DNA from: Vicinamibacterales bacterium
GTDB taxonomy: Bacteria > Acidobacteriota > Vicinamibacteria > Vicinamibacterales > UBA8438
DNA length: 64,000 nucleotides
Assembly (NCBI GenBank): GCA_965204175.1
Contig: OZ241978.1
Location: 775,741-839,740, forward strand
Direction: 5' to 3'
The notes below the pieces were generated by a model that saw only the letters and a program-made list of their open reading frames with translations, searched no databases and was not told where the DNA came from. A program made the position numbers and the translations under genes. Shown here piece by piece: positions 32,737 through 42,058 of the stretch. How positions within the stretch are numbered: position 1 is the first letter of the stretch; every line of letters begins with the position of its first letter.

Positions 32737-34614
32737 ATGCCGGCGCGTAGAACGCCGAGCGAGGAGGTGGCGATGACCGGACCGGAGAGAACGGTGGCTC
32801 GCAGCGCAACGTACGCGGGTTTCGCGATTCTCGTTTTCATGGGCGTGCTCACCGCGCTGCCCGAGCCGGCGACCCCTGAAGCTGCAGGGGACGCGCTGCC
32901 CGAGACCAGCTTCGCAATCGTCCGCGTCAAGGTCTTCGACGGGGAGGCCTTCCGACCGGAACAGGACGTGTGGGTGGAGGATGGCCGCATCCGGGGCGTC
33001 GGCCGGTGGCTGGGACTGCCGCCGGATCTTCCCCGGATCGACGGCCGGGGCAGGACGCTGGCGCCCGGGCTCATCGACGGTCACGTGCATACGTTCGGCA
33101 GCACGCTGAACGACGCCCTGCGCTTCGGGGTCACCACCGTACTCGACCAGTTCAGCGATCCGCAACTCGTCGCCTCGAAACGGGCGGCGCGCGACACGCT
33201 GGCCCGCGGCGACGAGGCCGACCTCTTCTCCGCCGGGATGCTGGCTACCGCGGCCGGCGGACACGGCACGCAGTATGGCGTGCCGGTGGAGGCCGTGGGC
33301 GGCCCGGACGAGGCGTCCGCCTGGGTCAGGGCTCGCAAGGAGGAGGGTTCCGACTGGATCAAGATCGTCCACGAGGACGGCAGCACCTTCGGCATGGATA
33401 TCGCCACGCTCGACCGCGACACCATCGGAGCGTTGGTCGCGGCCGCCCATGCGGAGGGCCTGCGCGCCGTCGTGCACGTGAGCACGCTGGAGCATGCCCT
33501 GGAGGCGGTCGCGCTCGGCGCCGACGGGCTGGTGCACGTCTGGCGCGACGCGCTCATCGACGAAGCGCAGGCGGCGCGCATCGCCGATGCGGGCGTGTTC
33601 GTCGTCCCGACGCTGTCGGTCGCCGCCTCCATCGGCGGCGACGCGCTGGACGGGGAGTTGGTGGCGGCCGCCGGCGATACGCCGTTGTCACCGATGCAGC
33701 GCCAGACCCTGGCCAGTCGTTTCTCCGGCGGGGACGCGGAGAGGATTTCGAATGCGAGGGGTGTGGCGATCGAGAACGTGCGGCGCTTGCACGCTGCCGG
33801 CGTTAGACTGCTCGCGGGTACCGATTCCCCCAACCCGGGAACCGCCTCCGGCCTCTCGATGCACGGCGAACTGCGACTTCTGGGCCGCGCCGGGCTGACC
33901 GGCGCCGAGACCCTCGCGGCGGCCACCTCCGTGCCGGCCGGGATCTTCGGGCTCGATGACCGGGGGCGCATCGACGAGGGTCGGATCGCCGACCTCGTGC
34001 TGATCGACGGCGACCTCGAGAACGACCTGTCGCTCAGCCCCCGCATCGTCGCCGTCTGGAAGGACGGCTACCTGGTCGACCGCCGCCGTATCGACCGGCA
34101 GCGGCAGGAGACCACGGCAGTGTCCGCCGCGCCCGAGACGACGCTGATCGCCGACTTCGAGGACGGCGTCGGCGCCGCCTTCGGCTTCGGCTGGCAGGTA
34201 ACGTCGGACGGGATGCAGGGCGGATCGTCCACCGCCCGTCTGTCTGTCGAAAGCGGGGCGCTGCGGGTCGAGGGCGAGGTAGCACCCGGTTTCCCGTTCC
34301 CTTGGGCCGGAACCATCTATTTCCCCGGCGCGCAGCCGATGCAGCCGGTCGACTTTGCGGGTCGGGAGGTCCTACGTTTCCGCACGCGCGGCGACGGTCG
34401 GACCTATATGGTCATGCTGTTCGGCGCCGGTGGGAGCGCTTCCGTGCCTCCCGCCGTGCCGTTCACGACGTCCGCCGAGTGGACCGGGATCGAGATTCCG
34501 CTGGCGCGCTTCCCGACGGCGACGCCGGGCATCATCGGCGGTCTGGCGTTCGTGGCGCAGGCCCCACAACTCGGGGCCTTCGTCTTCGAGATCGACGACG
34601 TGGAGATCAGGTGA
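32737..34614 (+). CDS. Amidohydrolase-family protein with C-terminal CIA30/CBM11-like domain
   Basis: Metal-binding GLIDGHVH motif, later ..AVVHVST.. and ..LLAGTDSPNPG... The C-terminal ~170 aa (ADFEDGVGAAFGFGWQVTSDGMQGGSS..VFEIDDVEIR) resemble CIA30-type beta-sandwiches. Confidence 0.8.
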   Translation: MPARRTPSEEVAMTGPERTVARSATYAGFAILVFMGVLTALPEPATPEAAGDALPETSFAIVRVKVFDGEAFRPEQDVWVEDGRIRGVGRWLGLPPDLPRIDGRGRTLAPGLIDGHVHTFGSTLNDALRFGVTTVLDQFSDPQLVASKRAARDTLARGDEADLFSAGMLATAAGGHGTQYGVPVEAVGGPDEASAWVRARKEEGSDWIKIVHEDGSTFGMDIATLDRDTIGALVAAAHAEGLRAVVHVSTLEHALEAVALGADGLVHVWRDALIDEAQAARIADAGVFVVPTLSVAASIGGDALDGELVAAAGDTPLSPMQRQTLASRFSGGDAERISNARGVAIENVRRLHAAGVRLLAGTDSPNPGTASGLSMHGELRLLGRAGLTGAETLAAATSVPAGIFGLDDRGRIDEGRIADLVLIDGDLENDLSLSPRIVAVWKDGYLVDRRRIDRQRQETTAVSAAPETTLIADFEDGVGAAFGFGWQVTSDGMQGGSSTARLSVESGALRVEGEVAPGFPFPWAGTIYFPGAQPMQPVDFAGREVLRFRTRGDGRTYMVMLFGAGGSASVPPAVPFTTSAEWTGIEIPLARFPTATPGIIGGLAFVAQAPQLGAFVFEIDDVEIR

Positions 34615-35783
34615 TGGCGCTGGCGAGCAACTTCGGCCGCGCGGTCGGCAGGGCGTTTCTCGCGCTGCACCGGCGCCTGCTGCCTTCCGATCCGCGCATC
34701 GGCTGGATACCGTACCTGTGGCTGTTCTGGCTCATCGGGTTCTTCGCCAAGTGGTGGTTCGTGCCGCTGGAGCCGGTGGAGCTCACACTGGCCCTGCTCA
34801 CCCTGCCGGCGTTCCTGGCCCTGTACTTCAACGGTTTCTGGCACGCCGGCCGACGTGTCTTTCTCAATATCGCCGGCATCCTCCTCATCGCACTGGTGTG
34901 GACGCCGTTCAACCCGAACGCGATGGGTTTCTTCATCTACGGCAGCGGGCTGGTCGGCCGGGCGGACCGACCGCCGCGCGCCTACGCCTGGCTGGTGGGT
35001 GTCGTGCTGCTGATCGCCATCGAGTGGCTGGCGTTCGACCTCCCGAACTTCGTCCTGCTCTTCGGCGGAGCGCTCTCCCTGCTGATCGGCGCGGTGGCCG
35101 TCCATACCGACGAGCTCGACCGCCAGGAGGCCGCGTTGAAGCTCTCGCAGGCCGAGGTGCGCCGGCTTGCGGCCGTCGCCGAGCGGGAACGGATCGGGCG
35201 CGACCTGCATGACCTGCTCGGGCACACGCTCTCGCTCATCACCATCAAGGCGGAGCTGGCGGGGAAGCTCGCCTCGCGGGGCGACCACCGCGCCGGCCAC
35301 GAGATCCGCGAGGTGGAGCGTATCTCGCGCGGTGCGCTGCGCGAGATACGCGAGGCGGTGAGCGGGCTGCGGCGGGCGGATCTCGACGCGGAGCTGGCCA
35401 ACGCCCGGCTGGCCTGCGAGGCGGGCAATGTCAGGTTGACGATCGACAGGCGGCCGTTCGACCTGTCGCCGGATCGTCAGGCGGTGTTGGCGCTGTGCCT
35501 GCGAGAGGCGATCACCAACGTCGTCCGCCACGCTGCGGCTGCCCAATGCCGGGCCAGTCTCGCTCGCGAGGACGGGTGGATACGCCTCACGGTGGAGGAC
35601 GACGGTCGCGGCGGCGCGGTCCGCGAGGGCGCCGGCCTGGCCGGCATGCGCCAGCGGGTCGAGCAGGCCGGGGGCGCGATGACGGTCGAAACCGCGCGCG
35701 GCGTCAGCCTGACCGTGCGCATTCCGGCCGAGCCCCGGCGTCCGACATCCGGACTGCCCGCGTCACGGGAGGCCGTGGCTTGA
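34614..35783 (+). CDS. Sensor histidine kinase, HisKA_3 (DesK/NarX-like)
   Basis: TGATG coupling to the upstream gene. Several TM helices, H-box ERERIGRDLHDLLGHTLS, and an HATPase_c region with NVVRHA and DDGRG. Confidence 0.9.
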   Translation: MALASNFGRAVGRAFLALHRRLLPSDPRIGWIPYLWLFWLIGFFAKWWFVPLEPVELTLALLTLPAFLALYFNGFWHAGRRVFLNIAGILLIALVWTPFNPNAMGFFIYGSGLVGRADRPPRAYAWLVGVVLLIAIEWLAFDLPNFVLLFGGALSLLIGAVAVHTDELDRQEAALKLSQAEVRRLAAVAERERIGRDLHDLLGHTLSLITIKAELAGKLASRGDHRAGHEIREVERISRGALREIREAVSGLRRADLDAELANARLACEAGNVRLTIDRRPFDLSPDRQAVLALCLREAITNVVRHAAAAQCRASLAREDGWIRLTVEDDGRGGAVREGAGLAGMRQRVEQAGGAMTVETARGVSLTVRIPAEPRRPTSGLPASREAVA

Positions 35784-36376
35784 TCCGCGTGCTGGTCGCA
35801 GAGGATCAGGCGATGGTGCTGGGCGCACTGTCGGCACTGCTCGATCTCGAGCCCGACATCGAAGTGGTCGCACGGGCGCGCGACGGCGCCGAGGCATTGC
35901 AACTGGCCGAACGCCTGAAGCCGGACGTCGTGCTCACCGACATCGAGATGCCGCGGGTGACCGGGCTGGAGCTCGCCGCCCGGCTGGTCGAGCGCGGCAT
36001 GCGCGTGATCATCCTCACCACGTTCGCCCGTCCCGGCTACCTGCGGCGTGCGCTGGACGCCGGGGTTCGCGGCTACCTGCTCAAGGACGCGCCCGCCGAG
36101 GAGCTCGCGCGGGCGGTGCGCAAGGTGCAGGGCGGAGGCCGGGCGATTTCGCCGGAGCTGGCCGCCGAGGCCTGGTACGAGGCCGATCCGCTGACCGATC
36201 GCGAGCGCCAGGTCCTGCGGCTGGCCGGCGACGGGGCGTCGGGCGCGGCCATCGCGGCGGAGCTCGATCTGTCGGAGGGGACGGTGCGGAACTACCTGTC
36301 CGAGGCGATCAGCAAGCTCGGCGCGTCGAACCGGGTGGAGGCGGCGCGCATTGCGCGGCAAAGGGGATGGTTGTGA
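35780..36376 (+). CDS. Response regulator, NarL/LuxR family
   Basis: TTG at 35780 overlaps the kinase stop (alternative GTG at 35789). IRVLVAEDQ.., phospho-acceptor region VVLTDIEMP, and a LuxR HTH LTDRERQVLRLAGDGASGAAIAAELDLSEGTVRNYLSEAISKLG. Confidence 0.9.
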   Translation: MIRVLVAEDQAMVLGALSALLDLEPDIEVVARARDGAEALQLAERLKPDVVLTDIEMPRVTGLELAARLVERGMRVIILTTFARPGYLRRALDAGVRGYLLKDAPAEELARAVRKVQGGGRAISPELAAEAWYEADPLTDRERQVLRLAGDGASGAAIAAELDLSEGTVRNYLSEAISKLGASNRVEAARIARQRGWL

Positions 36377-36464
36377 GTCTCGCCATGCGCCCGAGTGCCG
36401 GGCCTCCGAAGTAGTTCGTGCCGACCACATTGCACGAGCAGTGCCCGAGTGGTAGCGTCGAAAC

Positions 36465-36809
36465 ATGTCGACGGCTGACCGCATCACGATAATCGTCGCG
36501 GCCGGTGCCATCAGCGCCACCCTCGGCGTCGGGACCTGCTCGACGAACGCGCGCATCGGTGATGTGAACGCACGCATCGACGACACGAACGCACGTATCG
36601 AGAGTGCGAGTTCGCAGCATCACGCACGCATCGACGACACGAACGCGCAGCTCAACGCGCGCATCGATGGCGTGAACACGCAGCTCAACACGCGTATCGA
36701 CGACATGAACGCGCGCTTCGAGGCCCGCTTCGACGATGTACAGGAAGACATCCGGGAGTTGCGGGCTCTGATCGTCGATTTCATCAAGCGCGCAGAGTCC
36801 GCCGACTGA
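36465..36809 (+). CDS. Membrane-anchored repeat protein (NARIDD(T/V)N heptad-like repeats)
   Basis: N-terminal TM ITIIVAAGAISATLGVG, then NARIGDV NARIDDT NARIES.. ARIDDT NAQL NARIDGV NTQL NTRIDDM NARFEARFDDV. The matching DNA repeat GCACGCATCGACGACACGAACGC occurs twice. Confidence 0.6.
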   Translation: MSTADRITIIVAAGAISATLGVGTCSTNARIGDVNARIDDTNARIESASSQHHARIDDTNAQLNARIDGVNTQLNTRIDDMNARFEARFDDVQEDIRELRALIVDFIKRAESAD

Positions 36810-36823
36810 TTCCCGACGACTGC

Positions 36824-37570
36824 TCACACCCCGGACGCGTCGTACAGCAGCTTGACGCCGATCAAGAACAACGAGGCGTGAACGACGCGGAAGAAGAGCT
36901 CGTCGTCCACCCGGTCGTGCAGGTAGCGGCCGAGGAACACCCCGACCGGAGCCAGCGGCAGCAGGACCAGCGACGTCAGCAGGTTGTCGGTGGTCCACTG
37001 GCCGAGCCAGTAGTACGGACCGACCTTGGACCAGTTGACCACGAAGAAGAACAGGACGCTGGTGGCCTGGAACGTCGTCCGGTGCATCCGCTGCGGCAGC
37101 AGGAACGCCTGCAGCGGCGGTCCGCCGGCGTGGATCGAGAAGCTCGTGAACCCGGCCGTGGCGCCCCAGAACACGCCGGGGCCGGCGCGCGGCGGACGGT
37201 TCCGGTCGTTCGGCCGGCGCCGGAAGTACTGCACCGCGTAGACCAGCGCGACGACGGCGACCAGCACGCGCAGGCCGTCGGCGGAGATGGCGCGGGCGGT
37301 CACGAAGCCGAGCAGTGTGCCGAGCATCGCCGCAGGCAGCAGGATCCGGAGGTTGCGCCGGTCCCACCGGCCCCAGTAGGCGCGCATCGCCAGAACGTCC
37401 ATCACCATCAGGATCGGCAGCATGACCGCCGCCGCCTGGAAGGGGCTGACGACCATGGCCATCAACGGCACCCCGACCACGGCGATGCCCCCGCCGAAGC
37501 CGCCCTTGGCCATGCCGACGATGAGCACCGCGACGGTGGCGGCGAGATAGAAGTACGGATCGACGATCAT
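36824..37570 (-). CDS. TauE/SafE family sulfite/anion exporter
   Basis: The internal ATG at 37570 gives MIVDPYFYLAATVAVLIVGMAKGGFGGGIAVVGVPLM, typical of TauE. The protein is polytopic. Confidence 0.8.
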   Translation of the reverse strand: MIVDPYFYLAATVAVLIVGMAKGGFGGGIAVVGVPLMAMVVSPFQAAAVMLPILMVMDVLAMRAYWGRWDRRNLRILLPAAMLGTLLGFVTARAISADGLRVLVAVVALVYAVQYFRRRPNDRNRPPRAGPGVFWGATAGFTSFSIHAGGPPLQAFLLPQRMHRTTFQATSVLFFFVVNWSKVGPYYWLGQWTTDNLLTSLVLLPLAPVGVFLGRYLHDRVDDELFFRVVHASLFLIGVKLLYDASGV

Positions 37571-37739
37571 CGCCGGAAGGGTACCGGATGCGGTCTGCCG
37601 CCGGGAAGGGTGGTCCGGCGCTTGAGACGCCCCGCGCGGCATAGGGTGGGCCGATGGCGAGCTGGTCGTGGTCGACGGCAACTTCGCGCTGGCCCGCGGC
37701 CCCCCGGTCGCCCGTCGTCGACCGTGAATGAACGAGCTG

Positions 37740-38504
37740 TCAGAGGACTGCCGGGGCAGGTCTGGCGGCCTGCGCTACCGTGCGCAGGCGCTCGACGAAT
37801 ACCGCGTGCTCGTCAGTCTCGATGCCGCGCCGCAGTTCGGCGAGAACCATCGCGACGTCACCGGCCAACAGCGCCTCGACGGCGAGCCGCAGGCCGGGGA
37901 AGACGGTGCTGTGGAGAACCCCGTCCGTGTCGGACTCCAGCCGCCGGTACTCGTCGACCGCCAGCACGAACCAGTCAACCTGCCGGTCGTGGACCCGCCA
38001 GACGACGTACTCCCGGACCCCGTTGCGGCGGTAGACACGCAGCTTGTCGTGCAGGTCGTGGCTGGCGTTGCTGGCTGCTATCTCGACGACCAGCTCCGGC
38101 GCACCCTCCAGGTAGTCGTCGTGGCTCACACGCGACTGGCCGCCCGCCCGCGGCTCGACGCGCAGCAGGACATCCGGTTGCGGCTCGTTGTCCAGGTCGA
38201 GGCGTACCGTGGCATTGTCCGCCGTGCGCACTCCGGGTGTCGACGCACAGTAGTTGACGAGCCAGGCGATGGCCAGGGAGTGCGGCTCTCCGTGGCTGGT
38301 GAGACGAACGGCGGCCGACAGGTAGACGACTCCTTCGATCAGCTCCGCCTTCTTGATGTCGGGCCTTGTCGCGTACCGCCGCTCGAACTCCCGGCGGGAG
38401 AGCCGGTCGCCGTTCTCCAGTGAAAGTCGGCGCACCGGTGCCGGTACATCCCTCTCGCTCTTGGAGAGGGGCGGAGATGCCGCCGAAACTACCTGGGCAG
38501 CCAT
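37740..38504 (-). CDS. Uma2 (DUF820) family PD-(D/E)XK endonuclease
   Basis: ..AELIEGVVYLSAAVRLTSHGEPHS.., ..EPQPDVLL.., APELVVEIAASNASHDLHDKLRVYRRNGVREYVVW matches the Uma2 core pattern. Confidence 0.8.
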   Translation of the reverse strand: MAAQVVSAASPPLSKSERDVPAPVRRLSLENGDRLSRREFERRYATRPDIKKAELIEGVVYLSAAVRLTSHGEPHSLAIAWLVNYCASTPGVRTADNATVRLDLDNEPQPDVLLRVEPRAGGQSRVSHDDYLEGAPELVVEIAASNASHDLHDKLRVYRRNGVREYVVWRVHDRQVDWFVLAVDEYRRLESDTDGVLHSTVFPGLRLAVEALLAGDVAMVLAELRRGIETDEHAVFVERLRTVAQAARPAPAVL

Positions 38505-38609
38505 GGGTAGTAGCCTATGCAACTCTCGCCCGCCGATCGTCGCCTGACGGCTCCGTTTGCCGCCCAACCAACCCTTCGGGAGTCCGCGCCGTTTCTGCGG
38601 CGCAGACTC

Positions 38610-39926
38610 CTACGCGCCGGCGTCCGCTTCCTCCCGGTCCTTCAGGAAGTCCTCGCGCGGCTTGTGGATGCGGTCGTAGCTGCCGGCCGCGACGACGTAG
38701 TACCAGCGGGCGAAGCGCGCGGCGAGGCGCTCGGCCTTCTCTCTGCCCTCGGAGACCCGGCGTTCCCACGACGCGTGGGCGTCGGTGTCCGCCGCGTCCG
38801 GCTCGGGCAGGGCCGCCTCGTCGAACTCGGCGGTGATGAAGACGTAGCGGTTCTCGCCCGGTCCGGCCTCTTCGTCGTCGCTCTCGTCGCTGCCGAGCAG
38901 GATGGCGTCGCCCCGGCCGTAGACGATCTCGCCGAAGCGCAGCGTGTACAGCACGCCCTCGGTGGTGCGGACCAGCAGCTCACCCTCGTTGGAGAGGAGG
39001 CCGCCCTCCGCGGTGGGGTAGAAGCCCTTGTTGATCAGGTCGATGATGTCCGCCTGGCCGATGCGGCCGGCCATGGCGGCGTCGCGCAGGTTGCCGGTCA
39101 TCCCCGCCGGCTTGGGACGCACGCCGGCGATGCGCAGGCCGATGACGGCGCCGACCAGGCGGTTGACCTCGACGAAGTCGACTTCCTGCTCCTCCGGGAC
39201 GCCGGAGCCGTTCCACGTCGTGTCGTCCACCTTGTCGAGGATGAACTCGCTGGGCGCCGAAGCCCGGCGGGTGACCTCGTCGACGGTGTACTCGTTGAGC
39301 ACGATGTGGTTCACCTGGTCGCGCTCGACCTCCAGCAGGTTGCGCTCGATCCAGTCCTCGAAGCGGGTGGAGATGTCTGCCTCGAAGCGGGCGGTGTAGA
39401 CGCGCTTCTGCTCGGGCATGCGCACGAAGCGGAGCCCGGGCCGGTTGGGAACGCGGTTGCCGACGATGAGGTCGGCGAGGATCTCGGTGTTCTGGTCGCG
39501 GACCGTCACGCGGGTGCCGCGGCCGACCAGGCTGGAGGTGGTCAGATCGGACGGGTCGATCACCCCGAGCGCTTCGTGGTCGGCGACGTTGTCCGAGCGG
39601 AAGTCGTCCTTGACGAGGCTGATGACGTCGGCGGCGATGTTGGCCAGCCGCTCGGTGCCGTCGGCCTGGTAGTCGTGGTGCGACGGAATCGTCCACAGCC
39701 CGCCCTGGTTGGTCACCTGGAACGGGGTGGCGGAGGCGGTCTCCTCGTCGAACTCCATCACCTCGAGGGTGGCTGCCGCTTCCGGGTCGGTGAACTCGGG
39801 GAAGAAGGGCTCCCCGACGTCGAAGAACAGGTCGGGCGCCGCCCGGCGCGGGGCGCTGGCGAACGCCACGACGCCGAGGACGAGGGCGATGCCGACGAAG
39901 GTGGCCGTCTTGTTGATTTCGTTCAT
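38610..39926 (-). CDS. DUF4340 domain protein (membrane-anchored)
   Basis: ATG at 39926 gives MNEINKTATFVGIALVLGVVAFA. The body resembles DUF4340 proteins. Confidence 0.65.
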   Translation of the reverse strand: MNEINKTATFVGIALVLGVVAFASAPRRAAPDLFFDVGEPFFPEFTDPEAAATLEVMEFDEETASATPFQVTNQGGLWTIPSHHDYQADGTERLANIAADVISLVKDDFRSDNVADHEALGVIDPSDLTTSSLVGRGTRVTVRDQNTEILADLIVGNRVPNRPGLRFVRMPEQKRVYTARFEADISTRFEDWIERNLLEVERDQVNHIVLNEYTVDEVTRRASAPSEFILDKVDDTTWNGSGVPEEQEVDFVEVNRLVGAVIGLRIAGVRPKPAGMTGNLRDAAMAGRIGQADIIDLINKGFYPTAEGGLLSNEGELLVRTTEGVLYTLRFGEIVYGRGDAILLGSDESDDEEAGPGENRYVFITAEFDEAALPEPDAADTDAHASWERRVSEGREKAERLAARFARWYYVVAAGSYDRIHKPREDFLKDREEADAGA

Positions 39927-40047
39927 GGTCGTGCCCCGGATCATATCGCCGGACGGCGGGAGAGTCCGCACCCCCGTGCGTCGCCGTCGGGTCCGCGCCC
40001 GAACGGGCGGGTGCAGCGTCGAGAGGTACCATGCGGCATGACTCTGT

Positions 40048-40086
40048 GTCAAGATTCTTGATTGCAAGCGACATTCGGGGCATATT
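40048..40086 (+). promoter_or_regulatory. Palindromic operator-like site overlapping a sigma70-like promoter upstream of moxR
   Basis: GTCAAGATTCTTGAT (40048-40062, with a perfect 6-1-6 palindrome at 40049-40061). TTGATT (40058-40063), a 17-nt spacer, then CATATT (40081-40086). It is nearly identical to the site at 50641-50655. Confidence 0.4.
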
Positions 40087-40182
40087 TCACGTGGGAGCCA
40101 CACGGCCGGGCGGGTTCGCATCGCCGGTCGCGTGCCGGGAGATCTGCGCGGCGGGCGGCTCCAGTACGATCGGACGCGCAAC

Positions 40183-41172
40183 ATGCACCACGACATCGAA
40201 GCGATACAGGAAACCATCCACAAGGAGAGCGCCTTCGTCGAGCGGCTGCTGGGCGAGGTCGGGCGGATCATCGTCGGGCAGCGGGCCATGGTCGAGCGGC
40301 TCGTCATCGGGTTGCTGGCCGACGGCCACGTGCTGATGGAAGGGGTGCCGGGGCTGGCCAAGACGCTGACCGTCAGGACGCTGGCGCGGGCCATCGACAC
40401 CGCCTTCCGGCGGATCCAGTTCACGCCCGACCTGCTGCCGGCCGACCTGATCGGCACGCTCGTCTACGACCCGCGGCACTCCGAGTTCCGGACGAAGAAG
40501 GGACCGATCTTCTCGAATCTCATCCTGGCCGACGAGATCAACCGCTCGCCCGCCAAGGTGCAGTCGGCCCTGCTGGAGGCGATGGCCGAACGGACGGTGA
40601 CGATCGGCGATACGACGTACCCGCTCGATCAGCCGTTCCTGGTGCTCGCCACGCAGAACCCGATCGAGCAGGAGGGGACCTACCCGCTGCCCGAGGCGCA
40701 GGTGGACCGGTTCATGTTCAAGGTGGTGGTCGGCTATCCGGAGAAGGACGAGGAGATCGAGGTGATGCGGCGGATGGCCACCGGCGAGGAGGCCGTCATC
40801 GAACCGGTCGTCCATCCGGACGACATCCGCCGGGCGCGGTCCGCGGTGGAAATGATCTACATGGACCCGCAGGTGGAGCGCTACATCGTCGATCTGGTGT
40901 TCGCCACGCGCGAGCCGGCGAGTTGCGGCCTGAAGGACCTGAGCCAGCTCATCGCGTTCGGGGCCTCGCCGCGGGCCACGATCAACCTCGCCCGCGCGGC
41001 CCGCGCCCACGCGTTTCTCCGCCGCCGCGGCTACGTGACCCCCGAGGACGTCCGCTCCATCGGGCTCGACGTGCTCCGCCACCGGGTGCTGCTCACTTAC
41101 GAGGCGGAGGCCGAGGAGGTGTCGGCGGACGAGGTCGTCAACCGCGTGCTGGGCAAGGTCGAGGTGCCGTAG
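40183..41172 (+). CDS. moxR: MoxR-family AAA+ ATPase
   Basis: Walker A GVPGLAKT, Walker B NLILADEINR, and ..VLATQNPIEQEGTYPLPEAQVDRF... Confidence 0.95.
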   Translation: MHHDIEAIQETIHKESAFVERLLGEVGRIIVGQRAMVERLVIGLLADGHVLMEGVPGLAKTLTVRTLARAIDTAFRRIQFTPDLLPADLIGTLVYDPRHSEFRTKKGPIFSNLILADEINRSPAKVQSALLEAMAERTVTIGDTTYPLDQPFLVLATQNPIEQEGTYPLPEAQVDRFMFKVVVGYPEKDEEIEVMRRMATGEEAVIEPVVHPDDIRRARSAVEMIYMDPQVERYIVDLVFATREPASCGLKDLSQLIAFGASPRATINLARAARAHAFLRRRGYVTPEDVRSIGLDVLRHRVLLTYEAEAEEVSADEVVNRVLGKVEVP

Positions 41173-41179
41173 ACGGATC

Positions 41180-42058
41180 ATGATTCCGCGCGAGGTCCTC
41201 AAGCAGGTGCGGCGGGTGGAGATCGCCACGCGCGGTCTGGTGAACGACGTGTTCTCGGGCGAGTACCACTCCGTATTCAAGGGCCTGGGCATGAGCTTCG
41301 CCGAGGTCCGCGAGTACCAGTACGGCGACGACATCCGCAACATCGACTGGAACGTCACCGCCCGCGCCGGCGCGCCGTTCGTCAAGGTGTTCGAGGAGGA
41401 GCGCGAGCTGACCGTCGTGCTGCTGGTCGACGTCAGCGGCTCGGGGGACTTCGGCACGGGCGGGCGCATGAAGGAGGAGGCGGCGGCCGAGATCTGCGCC
41501 ATCCTCGCGTTCAGCGCCATCAAGAACAACGACAAGGTGGGGTTGATCCTGTTCAGCGACCGCGTCGAACAGTTCGTTCCGCCACGGAAGGGCCGGCGCC
41601 ACGTGCTGCGGGTGCTGCGCGAGCTGATCTACACGCGCGCCGAGGGGCGGGGGACCGACGTCGGCGCCGCGCTGGAGTATCTGGCCAGGGTGGTCTCGCG
41701 GCGCGCCGTGGTCTTCGTCGTCTCCGACTTTCTGGCCGCGGGGCACGAGCAGGCGCTGGCCGTCGCGGCCCGGCGGCACGACCTGGTCGCCATCCGCATC
41801 GGGGACCGGCGGGAGCTGGAGCTGCCCGACATCGGCTTCGTCGACTTCGAGGACGCCGAGTCGGGCGAGCGCGTGACCGTCAACCTGTCCGACGGGGTGT
41901 TCCGGGACACGTTCGCGGCGGACGCGCGGGCAGCCGAGGAGGCCCGCACGCAGCTCTTCCGGCGGACCGGGGTGGACGTCATCGAGGTGTCCGCGGACCG
42001 TCCCTACATGGAAAGGCTGATGCGGTTCTTCCGGGAACGGGCGAGGCGGTTCCGATGA
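41180..42058 (+). CDS. DUF58 domain protein (MoxR partner)
   Basis: ..GEYHSVFKGLGMSFAEVREYQYGDDIRNIDWNVTAR.. is the DUF58 hallmark. Confidence 0.9.
   Translation: MIPREVLKQVRRVEIATRGLVNDVFSGEYHSVFKGLGMSFAEVREYQYGDDIRNIDWNVTARAGAPFVKVFEEERELTVVLLVDVSGSGDFGTGGRMKEEAAAEICAILAFSAIKNNDKVGLILFSDRVEQFVPPRKGRRHVLRVLRELIYTRAEGRGTDVGAALEYLARVVSRRAVVFVVSDFLAAGHEQALAVAARRHDLVAIRIGDRRELELPDIGFVDFEDAESGERVTVNLSDGVFRDTFAADARAAEEARTQLFRRTGVDVIEVSADRPYMERLMRFFRERARRFR

Noticed and set aside
36309-37367. 352-aa minus-strand ORF overlapping the repeat-protein gene and TauE
   Set aside because: It is off-frame relative to the TauE gene and antisense to the 36465 repeat gene. No motifs.
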